A DNA stretch of 64,000 nt. Source: Malacoraja senta. Taxonomy: Eukaryota. This document shows, one piece after another, positions 25,378 to 38,164 of this stretch. The stretch covers positions 15,128,001-15,192,000 of the forward strand of contig CM075980.1 of assembly GCA_038087875.1 (NCBI GenBank), in the 5' to 3' direction. Position 1 is the first letter of the stretch, and each line of letters opens with the position of its first letter. Under the pieces are notes generated by a model. It saw only the letters and a list, made by a program, of their open reading frames with translations, was not told the origin of the DNA and searched no databases. A program made the position numbers and the translations under genes.

Positions 25378-26700
25378 GTAAGTGTCGAATGGCAGAATCT
25401 CTTTTGGGCAGAAGAGGGTTTAATGCCATCATTAACTGTGTGGATGGAAGGAAGTAGGGAGATCCGTGTTAAAAACTCTTTCCAGGTGGTATTCATTTGG
25501 GGTTGGATAAGAGTCGCCGACCTTATGAACTTCATGATTGGAAGGTAGTGTAAATTACATTTAATTAGCACCTCTACTGCAGAAGTTCATAAGCAGTTCT
25601 GTGGCGCTCCATGGTGGTGGAAGGAGTTGTTGTTAATGTTAAATTAGAGCTAATTGGGACTGTGAAACTAGCATAATCTAAAGAGTTACCTTTAGGGGCC
25701 ATCTCAAAATAGGAGAATGAGGCAGAAAGATTCATGAAAGAATTACATAATTGATAGCCCACATACTAATGATGACTAGGTGGTTGTTGAAAGGTGTGGT
25801 GCATTGAAGAGCAGAATAAGGTGGAATTCACCAAGCTAGGCAAAAGTGGGGTCATGAGAGAGTGTACCAAGTTATTAAACTGGGATCATCCACGGTAGTG
25901 GAGGGAAATAGAATTGGAAGCTCGAGATGGGATGAATAAGAGTTTTGCCAGAACGTGTTCTGAGACAGTGGCACAAACAGCCATTGTTACAAAAGTAAAG
26001 GCAAATGCTGTTTATAATGGAGAGGCAATGACTTTGAAATTCAGTCTGGAATCGGATAGGATAGCAAATTTCAACCCAGAATGTGGCCAAGGACTGAATA
26101 GAGCTGGAAACATAAATTGCAATATGTGATTGGCCAAAGATTGTCTAATGTGTAACTGGAGAGAATTGTGGCTCCCTCAAATTGGCTTCATATATTTAAG
26201 TTGAATGCTGTGACTGTACTTTTCTAACCTGATGCCGATGTTACAGAGGGATTATTCTGCTTGTGGTATTATTGCTCAATTTAATAATCTCCTGAATAAC
26301 CTATGTTACTCCACTGACTTTCATCCACAACTATTGCACATTGTTTTGCAAGCAGGGACACATAAAGCTCCAATAATTCTAATGGAACATTCACCCCTTC
26401 CCTTTCCCCGTGCAAGGGTGGATGATGAGCCTGCATTCACCATTTGGGTAACCAGGGATGAGAGTGGAAGTTATATGCGTTGGACTGCTTCTACCATGCA
26501 TGTTTCCAGTTATTCAACCTGCAGATCACACTGGAGCTTCCCTGCATCTTCCCAACACACACCCCTACACAACATCACCTTTAATGGTGCTGAAGGAGAG
26601 TGCGTCAACACAGATGCTCAATTATTGTAAAGTGGAGAGTCTAGCAGGCTGGACTTAATCTGATTATTGTAAAATTCACTTTGTTTCCATGTTCCTACAG

Positions 26701-26822
26701 ATTAACATCGGTCTTGTGCTCCAAGCTGCACTGGATTATGACCTTGCAATTCGATTTTTGCAGAAAGGTCTGGAATTAAACTCCAAATATTCTGGACCCC
26801 AGGCGCTACAGACTGCCCTTAG
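26701..26822 (+). CDS. CLUH: Duplicate copy of CLUH-like exon 16851..16972
   Basis: Same sequence as copy 1, inside the duplicated block. Confidence 0.6.
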
Positions 26823-29306
26823 GTAGGGTTGAAGATAAATTTAGCACAAAAATTCTATGGGATTAATTTACCTGCAAACCCACATTTCCTTATCAACTTT
26901 CTGGGGTGGCGTGCACAGTGGAGGCCGTCCAGAAGAGATTCCCCAGGCGAATCTCAGTGATGATTAGGTTTTCTTATCATGAGAGGTTCAAGAATTTGAA
27001 TCTGTTTTATTTGGAGCTTGGAATAACGAGGGGTGAGCTTCGTGAAACAGACAATTTCCGTAGAGGGCAAGATAGGTCGACACTGAGATATTTCTACGTG
27101 AGAGAATCACGAAAGGGGGAATGTCGTTGCAAAATAAGGGAACAGTCAATAAAAACCAAGGTGGAATTTTCTTATGGTGATGGTGGTGGACCTGTGAAAT
27201 TCTCCAATGGTGGGAGCCAGATATCAGAGGTATTTAAAGTGGAAGTGGGTGGACACAAGAGACTGCAGATTTTGGGATGTGGAACAAAGAACAATCTGCT
27301 GTAGGACAAAATGTTTACGAATGAACTGCAGATGCTGGAAAAATCGAAGGTAGACAAAAATGGTGGAGAAACTCGGCTGGTGAGGCAGCATCTATGGAGT
27401 GAAGGAATAGGTGACGTTTCGGGTCAAGACCCTTCTTTAGACTGATGTGGGGGGGGGGGAAGAAGAAAGGAAGGGGCGGAGGCTGTGGGAGAGCTGGGAA
27501 GAGGAGGGGAAGGAGGGAGAAAGCAAGGACTACCTGAAATTAGAGAAGTCAATGGTCATACCACTGGGGTGTAAACTACCCAAGCGAAATATGAGGTACT
27601 GCTCCTTCAATTTGCGGTGGAACTCACTCTGGCCATGGAGGAGGCCCAGGACAGAAAGGTCGGATACGGAATGGGAGGGGGAGTTGAAGTGCTGAGTCGC
27701 CGGGAGATCGGGTTCGTTAATGCGAACTGTGCGGAGGTGTTGGGTGAAGCGATCGCCAAGTCTGCGTTGGTCTCACCGATGTAGAGCAGTTGACACCTAG
27801 AGCAGCGGATGCAATAGATGAGGTTGGAGGAGGTGCAGGTGAACCTCTGTCTCACCAGGAAAGACTGCTTGGGTCCTTGGATGGAGTCGAGGGGGGAGGT
27901 AGAGCGACAAGTGTAGCATTTCCTACGGTTGCAAGGGAAAGTACCAGGGGAGGGGGTGGTTTGGGTGGGAAAGGACGAATTGACCAGGGAGTTGCGGAGG
28001 GAGCGGTCTCTGCGGAAAGCAGACAGGGGAGGAGATGGAAAGATGTGGCCAGTGGTGGGATCCTGTTGGAGGTGGCGAAAATGTCGGAGGATTATCTGTT
28101 GTATGTGGCGGCTGATAGGGTGGAAGGTGAGGACAAGGGGGACTCTGCCCTTGTTACGAGTGGGGGGATGGGGAATGAGAGCGGAGCTACGGGATATAGA
28201 AGAGACCCTGGTGAGAGCCCCATCTAAAGTTGAAGAGGGGAAGCCCCGTTCCCTAAAGAATGAGGACATCTCCGATGCCCTGGTTTGGAACACCTCATCC
28301 TGGGTGCAGATGCGGCGTAGACGGAGGAATTGGGAGTCGGGGATAGAGTCCTTACAGGAAGCAGGTTGGGTAGAAGTGTAGTCCAGATAGCCATGGGAGT
28401 CAGTGGGTTTGTTGAACTCAGCAGGTCAATCAGTGTCATTTGTTGGGGGGGGGGGGGGGGGGGGGGGGAATTGTCAATATTCCGGGCAATGCATGGGTTT
28501 CGACCCAAGATATCATCAATTCCTTTCCTTTACCCACTGAGTTCTTTCAGTAGTTTGTTTGGTGAATACTGGTGTAGGCCATGTTAATATACGTGCAAGG
28601 ACTTGATGGCTTGTACTTTGAAGTCAGAATTTACACACATTTGCAAATACCCTGAGACAATGCCCCAGCAGGTCTGAGTGGAAGGATCCATCTTTGGGAA
28701 TTATGGCCAAGAACAATCCTTTGGTTATTGTCAGTCTTAAAAAATCAGGAAAACCAGAACAAAAGGTAGCAATTTGATAGCTGAGAGCGTGAGGTTTATC
28801 GCAATTGCCCTAAATAACTCTATCCCATTAACATTCTTTTGTTTGAAAACCACAAAACACAGACCATGTTTCAAGTTGTAGGTAATTGCCGTGCTTGTGT
28901 GGGCCAGACTTGGAAAGTGATTTTATGCAGCTTTGTCTGTCTCTTGCTGAAGATGGTGGCTCGACTTCTATGGTCTCATTGTGATGAGTTTGATTGATTC
29001 CCTCCCATCTCTTTTGCATAAAAATTCATTTAAAGCATTTTGTTTAATACAAAACAGAAGCCAGCTTCTCAACTTTAGTGGTGATTCTGAAAGTTCAACC
29101 ACATATAAGATAACTAAGTACTGAACCTATTTTGAAATTGCTTCGTCATTAAATGACCACAATAACCTCTAGTTGGAGGGCTGATCGTGTGGTGCAAATG
29201 CATTGATTACTTGTGGGAATTTGGATCTAAACCTTTGCGTCTACAAATAGAAGCTATGATTTGAATGTGCTTGTGTCTAATTACTTTTTGTTTGAAAACC
29301 ACACAG

Positions 29307-29400
29307 TTATCATCTCCTGGCCCAAGTCAACGCCAGCAAGGCTGACTTCCGAGCAGCTATGCAGCACGAGAAGCAGGCCTACATCATCTACAGGGATCGG
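29307..29400 (+). CDS. CLUH: Duplicate copy of CLUH-like exon 19456..19549
   Basis: Same sequence as copy 1, inside the duplicated block. Confidence 0.6.
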
Positions 29401-29930
29401 GTTAGTTATTCCAAAATGTTTTCTCTGTGTTGTAGTCCGGTGGCATTTAAGTCAACCTCTGAAAGTTACCTTGGCCGATTGCACTCAGTGGAATATAAGG
29501 CGAGGGTGCACACTACATGTTGCTGAATCAACTCCAATTTTCTGTCACAGCAAGTAACGCATTCTGCAATAAGTGAAGATTTCCCACGTTACAAAGCAAC
29601 TTATGTTGTCAAATATGATGTTAAATAGGTGCCATCATCTATTCTTATTACTTGTATATACTACAGGATATGACTCAATTGTGTTTTTTTCTGTCCACAC
29701 TACCTTAACCCATTCTTTCACAGAGGGGCAGTTTGTGATGCAGACAGGAACACGTATTTTGACGTATACTGCATTTAATAGAAATAGACATTTGGTCCAA
29801 AATAAGTCCTCCCCTTTACATATCACCAGCATTCTGTACTGCCAATTGACAATCTTGGAAAACCCCAAAACACTGAATATTTGGAAATATGGCAAAATTA
29901 ATTCATTTGGATTTTTATTTTCAAAAATAG

Positions 29931-30065
29931 CTTGGGGAGACGCACCTTAAAACGAAAGGAAGTTCTGAGTTCCTGAAGCATTTTACTCAGCAGGCAGTTA
30001 ATCTCCAGAGAACCATGAATGAAATTTACAAGAATGGATCAAATGCTAATCTTTCTCCAGTACAG
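29931..30065 (+). CDS. CLUH: Duplicate copy of CLUH-like exon 20080..20214
   Basis: Same sequence as copy 1, inside the duplicated block. Confidence 0.6.
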
Positions 30066-30607
30066 GTTGGTGCCCCTTATTAACCTACCTTGCCTTTTGT
30101 TCCAGTGTAAAATTTCCTTGCCTGGATTAGAGGGTTTCAACTACAGGGAGAGGGATAGACTTGGATTGTTTCTCTGGAACATCAGAGGTTGAGGGGAGAC
30201 TTGATAGAGGTATATACAATTATGAAAAGCATAGGTATGATAGAAGTCAGAACCTTTTTTCCCCAGGGTGAAAATGTTCAGTACTAGATGGTATAGCTGT
30301 AAGGTGAGAGGGATGGTTTATGGAGCTGCGTGGGGCAAGTTATTTTACACGGATGGTGGTGGGGTCTGGAACACCTTGCCAGGGATGGTGGTGGAGGCAG
30401 ATATGATAGCTGCGTTTAAGAGACTTTTGGATAAGCACATGAAAGTGCAGGAACAGAAGGATATGGATCACATGCAGGTAGAAGAGATGTGTTTAGCTAT
30501 GTTCAGCACAAACATTGTGGGCCGAAGGGCCAGTCGTTTGCTATATTGTTCCATGTTTCATAGACAAACAATCTGATTGGCTATGTTTGATATTGAATTT
30601 TTTCCAG

Positions 30608-30681
30608 ACCACATCCCTGAGTAAAAAAATGATGCTGGAACAGCTTAATATAATCAATGGAATTGTTCTCATGGAAACGAG
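30608..30681 (+). CDS. CLUH: Duplicate copy of CLUH-like exon 20757..20830
   Basis: Same sequence as copy 1, inside the duplicated block. Confidence 0.6.
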
Positions 30682-32486
30682 GTAGGCCTGCCTTTCATTT
30701 CCTATCTTCCCCTTGAGACTATGGTGCAATCTAAATTAATATTGTTTAGGGTTGAGAACTAATATCAGCGCAGGAGTATTCAAACATCATCAATCAACAA
30801 CATGGCCAGAGCAATGAATAATTATATCAAGGAATGTAAATACTTGACCTTTCTAAGAAATGTATAATTTATGTCTAAATTGTGAGTGGTATTATGTCGT
30901 AAAAGCACTCGACTCCCTGATAATCCATCTGTCTAGAATGCTGCCAAACTGGATCCTACACAATTTTAAAAAGTCGATCGCAGTAAGGAAACGTTATAGT
31001 GCGTCGGATGGAACTGCAGATGCTGATTTACACCTTAGACACAAAATGCTGGAGTAACTCAGCAGGACAGGCAGCATCTCTAGATAGAATGGGTGATGTT
31101 TTGGGTCGAGACCAGACTGAGAGTCAGGAAGAGGGCACCACAGAGATAAGGAAGTGTAAGAGATCAAATGAGATGAAGAATAGATCATTGTTAGCTGGAA
31201 GATGACACAAAGCAGAGATAAAATGTAATCAAGGGGACAGTCAGACTGGTCAGAGAACTGGGAAGGGGGAGGGATGGAGAGAGAGGTAAAGCAAGGGTTA
31301 TTTGATGTTAGATAAGTCAATATTCATACCACTGGGGTGTAAGCTGCCCAAGCGAAATATGAGGTGCTGTTCCTCCAGTTTGCACTGGGCCTCACTCTGG
31401 CAATGGAGGCCCAGGACAGAAAGGTCAATGTGGGAAAGGGAAGGGGGTTTAACATTGAGCAACCGGGAAATCAGGTAGGTTTAGGCAAACTGAGTTGAGG
31501 TGTTCAGCGAAACGATCGGCGAGCCTGCGCTTGGTCTCGCTGATATACAGGAGTCCACACCTGGAACAGCGGATACAGTAGATGAGGTTGGAGGTCCGAA
31601 AGGTCAGTGTGCTGCATTTATGTCTCTGCTGTGCAGCAATGAAGATACTACTGATTGGTCTTTCATTTCTAAGCAAAGGGGGGGGGGGGGGGGTGTCACC
31701 ATGCCTTGCTCACAGTCACAGTTCTGTGAATCTTTTGGACATCTGGATTCATGACGTTGTGAGTGATCTTGTCTTCAGTTCTTTCATTGTCGGATATCCT
31801 GCCAACGTGCTTGAATAATGTTTTGTCTTTCAGTGAGTCAACTCAAGCTGAGTTGAAAAATAGCCATCGATGAGTAAAATATAGACTGGGAAAGCAATGA
31901 CAAAGGGGGCAAAGAGGGCGAGCAGTTTTATGTGTGCTCAGGAGATGGTTCTTGATGGGGGTGGGGGAAGGAATGTCTAGCAAACAGTGATCATTTCATA
32001 GGGCGTAAAATAGAAAAAGGGTACGGACCACACCAAGGCAAGAATAACCAATTGGAGAAGGCCCAGGTAAATTGGAAATGACGTTTGGTAGACTAAACTA
32101 ATTTTTAAAATGGGAGGAATTTAAAGTGAAGATGTTTTGCCCATTCTGTTAACGTTGCTCGTCCAGGAGGCAAATTAAACCATGGTGTTGGAAGAGGGTT
32201 GGATAAGATTCTGAAAGGAAATAATTTGTCGGGCTGCAGGGTAGGATGGATATTGCATTGAGCTGCATTGTTCCTATGTGAAAGACAAATAATTACCGTA
32301 CAAATCTGATGGTATGAACATTGAAATCTCCAATGTTAGATAACTAAGCTACAAACAACCCCTTTTCCCTCCTCCCACCATTTCCCATGTTCTTCAACGG
32401 CAATGATGAAGTGATTTTTTTTGGGGATTAAAATTTAAATGTTTCCACTACTTTCTTCAACTGATCAACTTTAATGTTTATTTTAG

Positions 32487-32721
32487 AAAATCTGCTTTAG
32501 AAAAAACAACTGAGCAAATGCGGAACCTAATTCTGGAAGAAATCCAAGCATCACAGAGGTTGACCATGAACCTTGCTGGCATTGGCGTGGATGACCAGAT
32601 ACTGGTCAATGGAAGTGAAGCCTCAGGAGAAATTGTACATGATGCAGAGAAAACGCTTGGGAAAACCCTGATCAACGACAAAGCAGAGACTAGCTGTGAG
32701 GCATCAAAGGTTTCTGTGTAA
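32487..32721 (+). CDS. CLUH: CLUH-like terminal coding exon (KSALEKTTEQMRNLILEEIQ...EASKVSV*)
   Basis: TTTATTTTAG acceptor; phase 2 matches the preceding exon (AG|A=R); open to the TAA at 32719-32721; acidic, poorly conserved tail as in CLUH. Confidence 0.8.
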
Positions 32722-33169
32722 CGGTTTCTCAGCTGTCAACAAAATGAGCGATCGAACTTTCCAGTTATTGCCACAAATGTAAATACTCTTTTGTATCACA
32801 GCTAGAAGGAGTGATCACATAACTGGGTCCCTGTAAATACTGGCAGCTGGGGTTTGAAGGCTAATCACAGACTGGAAATTGGATCATGTGACTGTTACAA
32901 TTGGAAAACGTTTTCGCTTTAAATGACTAGATTTTTAATAATTGTTTTAATAATCAGATAGTGGGTTTACTATTTCTGAACACTGAATGTAGTTACGAAT
33001 TCCAGACTTTTGGACCCAACCTTGCAGTTGGGCAGGACTTTGCCAAATCATTGGTAAAAGTATAAAATTGTGCTTCATAGCTGTGAAACATCAGGACATT
33101 GGGAAAACAGCAGTGCAGAATATCCACACTTTTATATCTTCATCATATTATACAAATGATACGTAAGAG

Positions 33170-34090
33170 GGGGGAGCTGGCATGTTTCATAAGTTTGCAG
33201 ATGACATTAAAATTTGATGGTATACTAGATTGTGAATGTAGATCAACTTTGAAAGTGGGCAAATGGAATTAAATTCAGACGTGTGTGAAATGATGACATT
33301 TGGGATGCTAAACCGGGGTCTCGACCCGAAACGCCCAAAATGTCCTTTTGTGTATTAACCAGCCAGCATCTGCAGTTTTTTGTTTTTACACCCAGTGAAT
33401 GGCAAGATCCTTTGTAGTATAACTGAACAGTGAGATCTTGGGATACTACTAGTTCCAGCAAAGTAGTGACACAGATAGACAGTGAAAAGGTATATGTCAT
33501 GCCTGCACTCATCAGCTGAGGCACTGAATATAGGAATTGGGATGTTGTGTTGCAGTTGCAGAAGTCTTGGGTCAGTATTGACGTATTTAATTATTGTGTG
33601 CTGTTCTGGTGGCCACATTATAGGAAGGATGTGAATAGAGGAGGTGCAGAAAATATGGACAGGAATGTTGCTGGACTGGAACGTTTGAGTTATAAGGGGA
33701 GGTTGGATGCTGGGAATGTTTCCCCTGGAACAAAAAAAAGGCTGAGAGGTGACCTGAGGGGTTTATAAAATCAGGAACCCAGATAAGATGGGATGTTCAG
33801 TATTTTTCCATTGGTAGGAGAATCTCAAATCCACAGGACATGGGATTAAGATGAGAGGGGAGATTTAAAGGAGAATTTGTCCACACAGAAGTTGGTGGCT
33901 ATATGGAATGAGCTACAGGAGGAAGTAGTTGAGGCAGGTACCACAACATTTAAACAACATTGGGACAAGTACATGGAGACGAAAGGTTTAGAGGGATACG
34001 AGCCAAACACTGGCAAATGGAATTAGCATAGTTTGGCTTCTTGATCGGCATGGATGAGTTGGTTTGAAGAGCCCTTCTGTGCTGTCAAAC
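33170..34090 (+). mobile_element. Degenerate CR1-type LINE RT/3' fragment with a short Penelope-derived insert (~33313-33390)
   Basis: KFADD remnant (AAGTTTGCAGATGAC), YCVLFWWPHYRKDV and RLRGDL. Confidence 0.75.
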
Positions 34091-34777
34091 TTCACTTTGA
34101 TATCAAAACAACCAAGTCTTTAACTCCCATAAATAGCGTGTGGTATATTTATTGATTCATTCATATCATGTTAATACAGCGTGTTAAACCAGAGATATGA
34201 TGTAGGAATTGGAGATTGATAAAACATACTGTCATCGAGCAGCTAACAGATGTGGAGAAGGGCCACATTCTCCTCATGAGGCTAAACATGGAATTTCCCC
34301 AGTTTTTAATCAAACATTTTGAACTGCGATTATGAAAGTTTTCAATTTTCATATTATCGCTGATAATTTTTGTAACTTCCCGTGGGAAACATGCTTCTCC
34401 GCTGACGGACTCCGCAGCATTATCACAATTGCCTTTGGCTGATACATACATCCAACTGTCCAAATCTTTTGTCTATTCAAGTTTAGCTTGCCATTTGCTT
34501 TCATGTGTCCATAAGTTCAGAATGAACATAGACTACTGGCGTCTGGGGAAAATACACTAGGTCCAAGGCAGATTTTTAACATTTTTAATTCACCTTTTGT
34601 GCTGCTTTATTCTAGTATTCAAATGTGTGCATCAAATCAGAATTGCCGTTTGCAGTTTTATTCTTGCTTTTATTCATACATCATCTGTAAGCATTGTTAA
34701 ATTGTGAGGAATATCTTTTTGTTATGGAATAATTTAGTTTTTACAAATGTTGTAATACTGTGATCTGTTATTTCAGT

Positions 34778-34783
34778 AATAAA
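34778..34783 (+). terminator. Candidate polyadenylation signal AATAAA for the CLUH-like gene
   Basis: First canonical AATAAA I found downstream of the stop, in an AU-rich tract; earlier ATTAAA alternatives exist. Confidence 0.45.
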
Positions 34784-35313
34784 ATACAGACATTAACATC
34801 GTCTTTCTACTCACTATCAACAGACACAAAGCATCAAAAGATGCACCAACCACTGGCAATTGGGTAAAAACAGTGTTGGGGGATTATTCAGCCAGCAGGT
34901 CAGTTGAATGAAAAGGGAAAAGATTGGGCAGGAGAGAGTGACTTTGGTTGATGGCATCCGAGGGTTTCTCACCACACAGGCACTTGCATTCCAAAGCTTG
35001 TGAAACAGTTGCAAACTATTTGGTCCCTGACTTGTTGTATCAGGCAAGGTCTCGGCTGTCGGCGACAACAGCAGAGGTTTACCAGTTGAAAATTTAGAGC
35101 AGCAAATTTTGCCAGTCATTTTTTTGTTAAAAACTCTCCTTTCCACAGAGAGGGAATCCACTCTCACTTGCTGATCAGAGGCCAGGTTGTGCAATGTTTA
35201 CATTCTGAAATTCTTAAAGTTGCACTTGAAAGCTTTTTTTAATCCCATTTCTTTGGACAATACAGTGCATTTCACCTGGATTTTTCTCCCAACTCTGACA
35301 ATGAAAAACATTC

Positions 35314-35499
35314 TCAGCCATTCTGGATTATTTCCAAGTCCTCACACTGCTGGTACATTGGTTCGGCTGCACCCTCCCAGAACTCTCTGGGCTTTGCATC
35401 CAGTTTTGCTCTGGGAAACTGATGAATGGAGGTATCATTAAATACATCCCGATATCTATTGCTGTCAGCGAATGCTGCCTCTTCGGTCACTGCCAATAT
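35314..35499 (-). CDS. SRRD: SRRD exon 7, last coding exon (ILAVTEEAAF...DVFNDTSIHQFP...CEDLEIIQNG*)
   Basis: FNDTS.H.FP and CEDLEII match the SRRD C-terminus. Confidence 0.93.
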   Translation of the reverse strand: MLAVTEEAAFADSNRYRDVFNDTSIHQFPRAKLDAKPREFWEGAAEPMYQQCEDLEIIQNG

Positions 35500-36303
35500 C
35501 TGTGCTGTATGGTTAAGGTTTAAAACATGCAGGCTGCTTTGACAATAATGATGCATTCTTAATAGAAAATACAAACCATGTGCAAGATGTTTCACTGCAA
35601 ACCCAGAACTGTGGAGGCAACCCACAATGAAGGAGGCCATTGGCCCAGAGTGCTGCCTTGTCTAACCCAAACCATTCTGCAACTAGGTGCTTCAAATATT
35701 TATCTAATTACACCACAAACAGACTCAATACTAAATCAGACACCATGATCCCCTCTTAACTCTATGGCTATTTCTCAGTAATAGTAAATGAGATTAGCTA
35801 TTTCTCCTCCAATGGTAAATGCTTCTCGTCGTTGTTTAATGAATAATCCAAAGTGCTGGAGGTACTCAGTGGGTCAGACATCAGTGTCAGGAAATGGATG
35901 GATGACATTTTGATTTGGGACCTTCAGACAAAAGATTGAAGATTCCAGTATCTGCAGTCTCTTGTGCCTCCAGCAATTGCTTTGTATCTGGGTAATATTC
36001 AAGCTGTACTTTCTGAAATATTTCCCCCATCATTCGTCCATACTAGATGTGAATAATTCCGTGGGAGGATTATTCTTGTGTTGATGTAACTTACTACCAG
36101 TGTATTATACAATGGTAGATACTAAATGATTTACTTCAAGATGGGCCTACATGTCCACCTCCTATCTATGACTGTACAGACCATTCTTTCTTCACCAAAA
36201 TACAATTTTACATTTATCATCAGTTATAGTGAAATAAGATCAATGTTAATAAATTTCTGCTTCAATAATCTTCTGTGCTCACTATGAAATCAGTGAAGGA
36301 TAC

Positions 36304-36349
36304 ATAACTGATGTACGTGTAGTCTCTCTGTAGTATCCTGGCTGGCGAC
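36304..36349 (-). CDS. SRRD: SRRD exon 6 (SPARILQRDYTYISY)
   Basis: Matches ARILQKNYPYI; phases 2-0 fit both neighbours. Confidence 0.88.
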
Positions 36350-36612
36350 CTGCAGTCCATTGAACAAAGATTAATCCCAGCATTATTTTGATAATCTTCA
36401 TTACCTTTTGCTCCAGAAATAAATGTAGCCCATAATGGTCACCAGGGGTCACTTATCCACTGTAGCTACATTCCAGTTGAAGATTTATCAATCACTTCTC
36501 TTCTTAATCCAAATTCTTCACTATTTTCAAGTGGATCTACGAGTTTCTATCGATCCCCACTTTTCAAATCCCACCTTCAACTTAACGTGAAGGATGAACA
36601 GTGTTTCCTTAC

Positions 36613-36764
36613 CTCTCCTCTATCCCTTTAAAACTGTTTCCAATAAGAATGGTTTGGGAAAGTTGTTGTGGTGACCAGTTTCTCCACAGAAGGTTGTTAT
36701 AGAGAGCCTTTCCACAATGAACCATATAGAAGAGGGTTGGTCGGTTGATGGGCCGCTTTCCTTC
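36613..36764 (-). CDS. SRRD: SRRD exon 5 ([31 protein letters not shown]...[10 protein letters not shown])
   Basis: SRR1 domain motif PT+[16 protein letters not shown] and IGNSF. Confidence 0.95.
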
Positions 36765-36931
36765 CTAATACATTTACAAAGGAAAAATCCATTCATGTTA
36801 CAGGATCAAGAATATACTAATTTGCTATTTAAATTATTGTACTATTATTACATGCATTCAAAGGCTACTTAAAAAACTAAATTTTCATTTTTGTCTGGCT
36901 TGAGCGAAATTGAAATCTGAGTGCCACTCGC

Positions 36932-37030
36932 CTCATTTTCTGTGATCACCACCATCCCACAGTCCTTCAGGAAACTCTTCTCCCATTCTGTAAACAACGG
37001 ATCAAAGAGAAGGCAGCTCACTCGAGGGAT
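36932..37030 (-). CDS. SRRD: SRRD exon 4 (IPRVSCLLFDPLFTEWEKSFLKDCGMVVITENE)
   Basis: DP+F motif of SRR1; the 3' boundary is a GC donor (GAG|GCGAGT). Confidence 0.9.
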
Positions 37031-37658
37031 CTGGTGGACACATGGAGGAAATATTGAGAACGTTATAGAAAGATTAACAACGATGTACCGCGGCCAGTTT
37101 AGTGCAGCACCCTGTTCTTGGTGATATCCATTGTCTGCACAGTGGTGATGGGCTGCTGCACTTTGATAATTACAGGGGTACGCATTCTGTTCCCCCAGTT
37201 CTCGGGGAACCTCCAGCTCAAGCCCTCTTTCTTCTGTGCAACGGAGATCGGAGGGAGAGGCACACACCTACACAACTGCTGCCAACTGTAAATGCTTTCA
37301 TCATAAACCCACGTGTAAAACAAAAGATGAGCTGATATTCCCATCTAGTATTTCAGGATCAGAAGCTGGATTCCAAACAAAACTACCACTGAACTCTCCC
37401 AAAGAGAAGTTCTTGGTTTGATGTCTTTCCCCTGCATCTTGAAAAGTAGCTCTGATTTGGGCACATGAGTTAACATGTACATCACCCCAATGACTTGCAC
37501 ATTTTTTTAAAGCACAATATTGTAAGTTCTTTTCATAACTTTATCCATAGACATATATTGTTCTAAATGTAGCCATCCGTCAGTGACTAGTTTCCACACA
37601 AATACTGGGCAACAGATTTACTTGTCTTGCTCCACCTTTGGCATCTTGCTATCCTTAC

Positions 37659-37885
37659 CTGTAGAGTCTCGAGCAGCAGAAAGAGCAGGGCCAACTGATA
37701 GCGAGATGCAACCGAATCGGTAAAGTTTCCAATCCCGTAACATACTACGTCGAGTGTAGTTTGACAAAGATCTATATCATCCTTCTGATCCTCCGGGACT
37801 TTGGCACCTCCAACATCCAGCGAGCGACTTGACGCTGGTGTCTTTGAAGTGGTGTGATATTTGTTTACCGCTCTCTGGACTGTTT
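37659..37885 (-). CDS. SRRD: SRRD exon 3 (ETVQRAVNKY...VVCYGIGNFTDSVASRYQLALLFLLLETLQ)
   Basis: SRR1 motif VCYG+G.F...+R.QL. Confidence 0.94.
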
Positions 37886-37961
37886 CTGAAATCAAGTGCG
37901 ACAGTCACCATGATGGAAGCATGGTTAAATTATCAAAAACATCGATAGTCTTACAACTCAC

Positions 37962-38002
37962 CACGGCAAATGGCCCAGAATTCTGAACTCCGCAACTCCT
38001 CT
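37962..38002 (-). CDS. SRRD: SRRD exon 2 (EELRSSEFWAICR)
   Basis: Matches L..S.FW; TTTCAG acceptor and GTGAG donor; phases 2-1 fit. Confidence 0.88.
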
Positions 38003-38164
38003 CTGAAACAAAGTTCAATAGTTTGAATGCATTGAAAGCTTTGATTATTTTAGTGATTGGCATCTTCAAAGGCAAGGCCAATGATGAGAAGTCCCACTCT
38101 CCATATCTCTGATTTCCATGAGTGTTAAATATAAACGTTTGGAAAAGATTGGGTAATTATTGAT

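Larger units (their letters stand above)
22773..32422 (+). repeat. Copy 2 of the ~9.6 kb duplication, starting exactly at the gap
   Basis: Differs from copy 1 only by a few SNPs and homopolymer/microsatellite lengths. Confidence 0.97.

Noticed and set aside
22773-32422. Genuine TPR-domain expansion or a second CLUH gene
   Set aside because: Breakpoints coincide with the gap, the copies are near-identical including introns, and the exon phases are incompatible with read-through.
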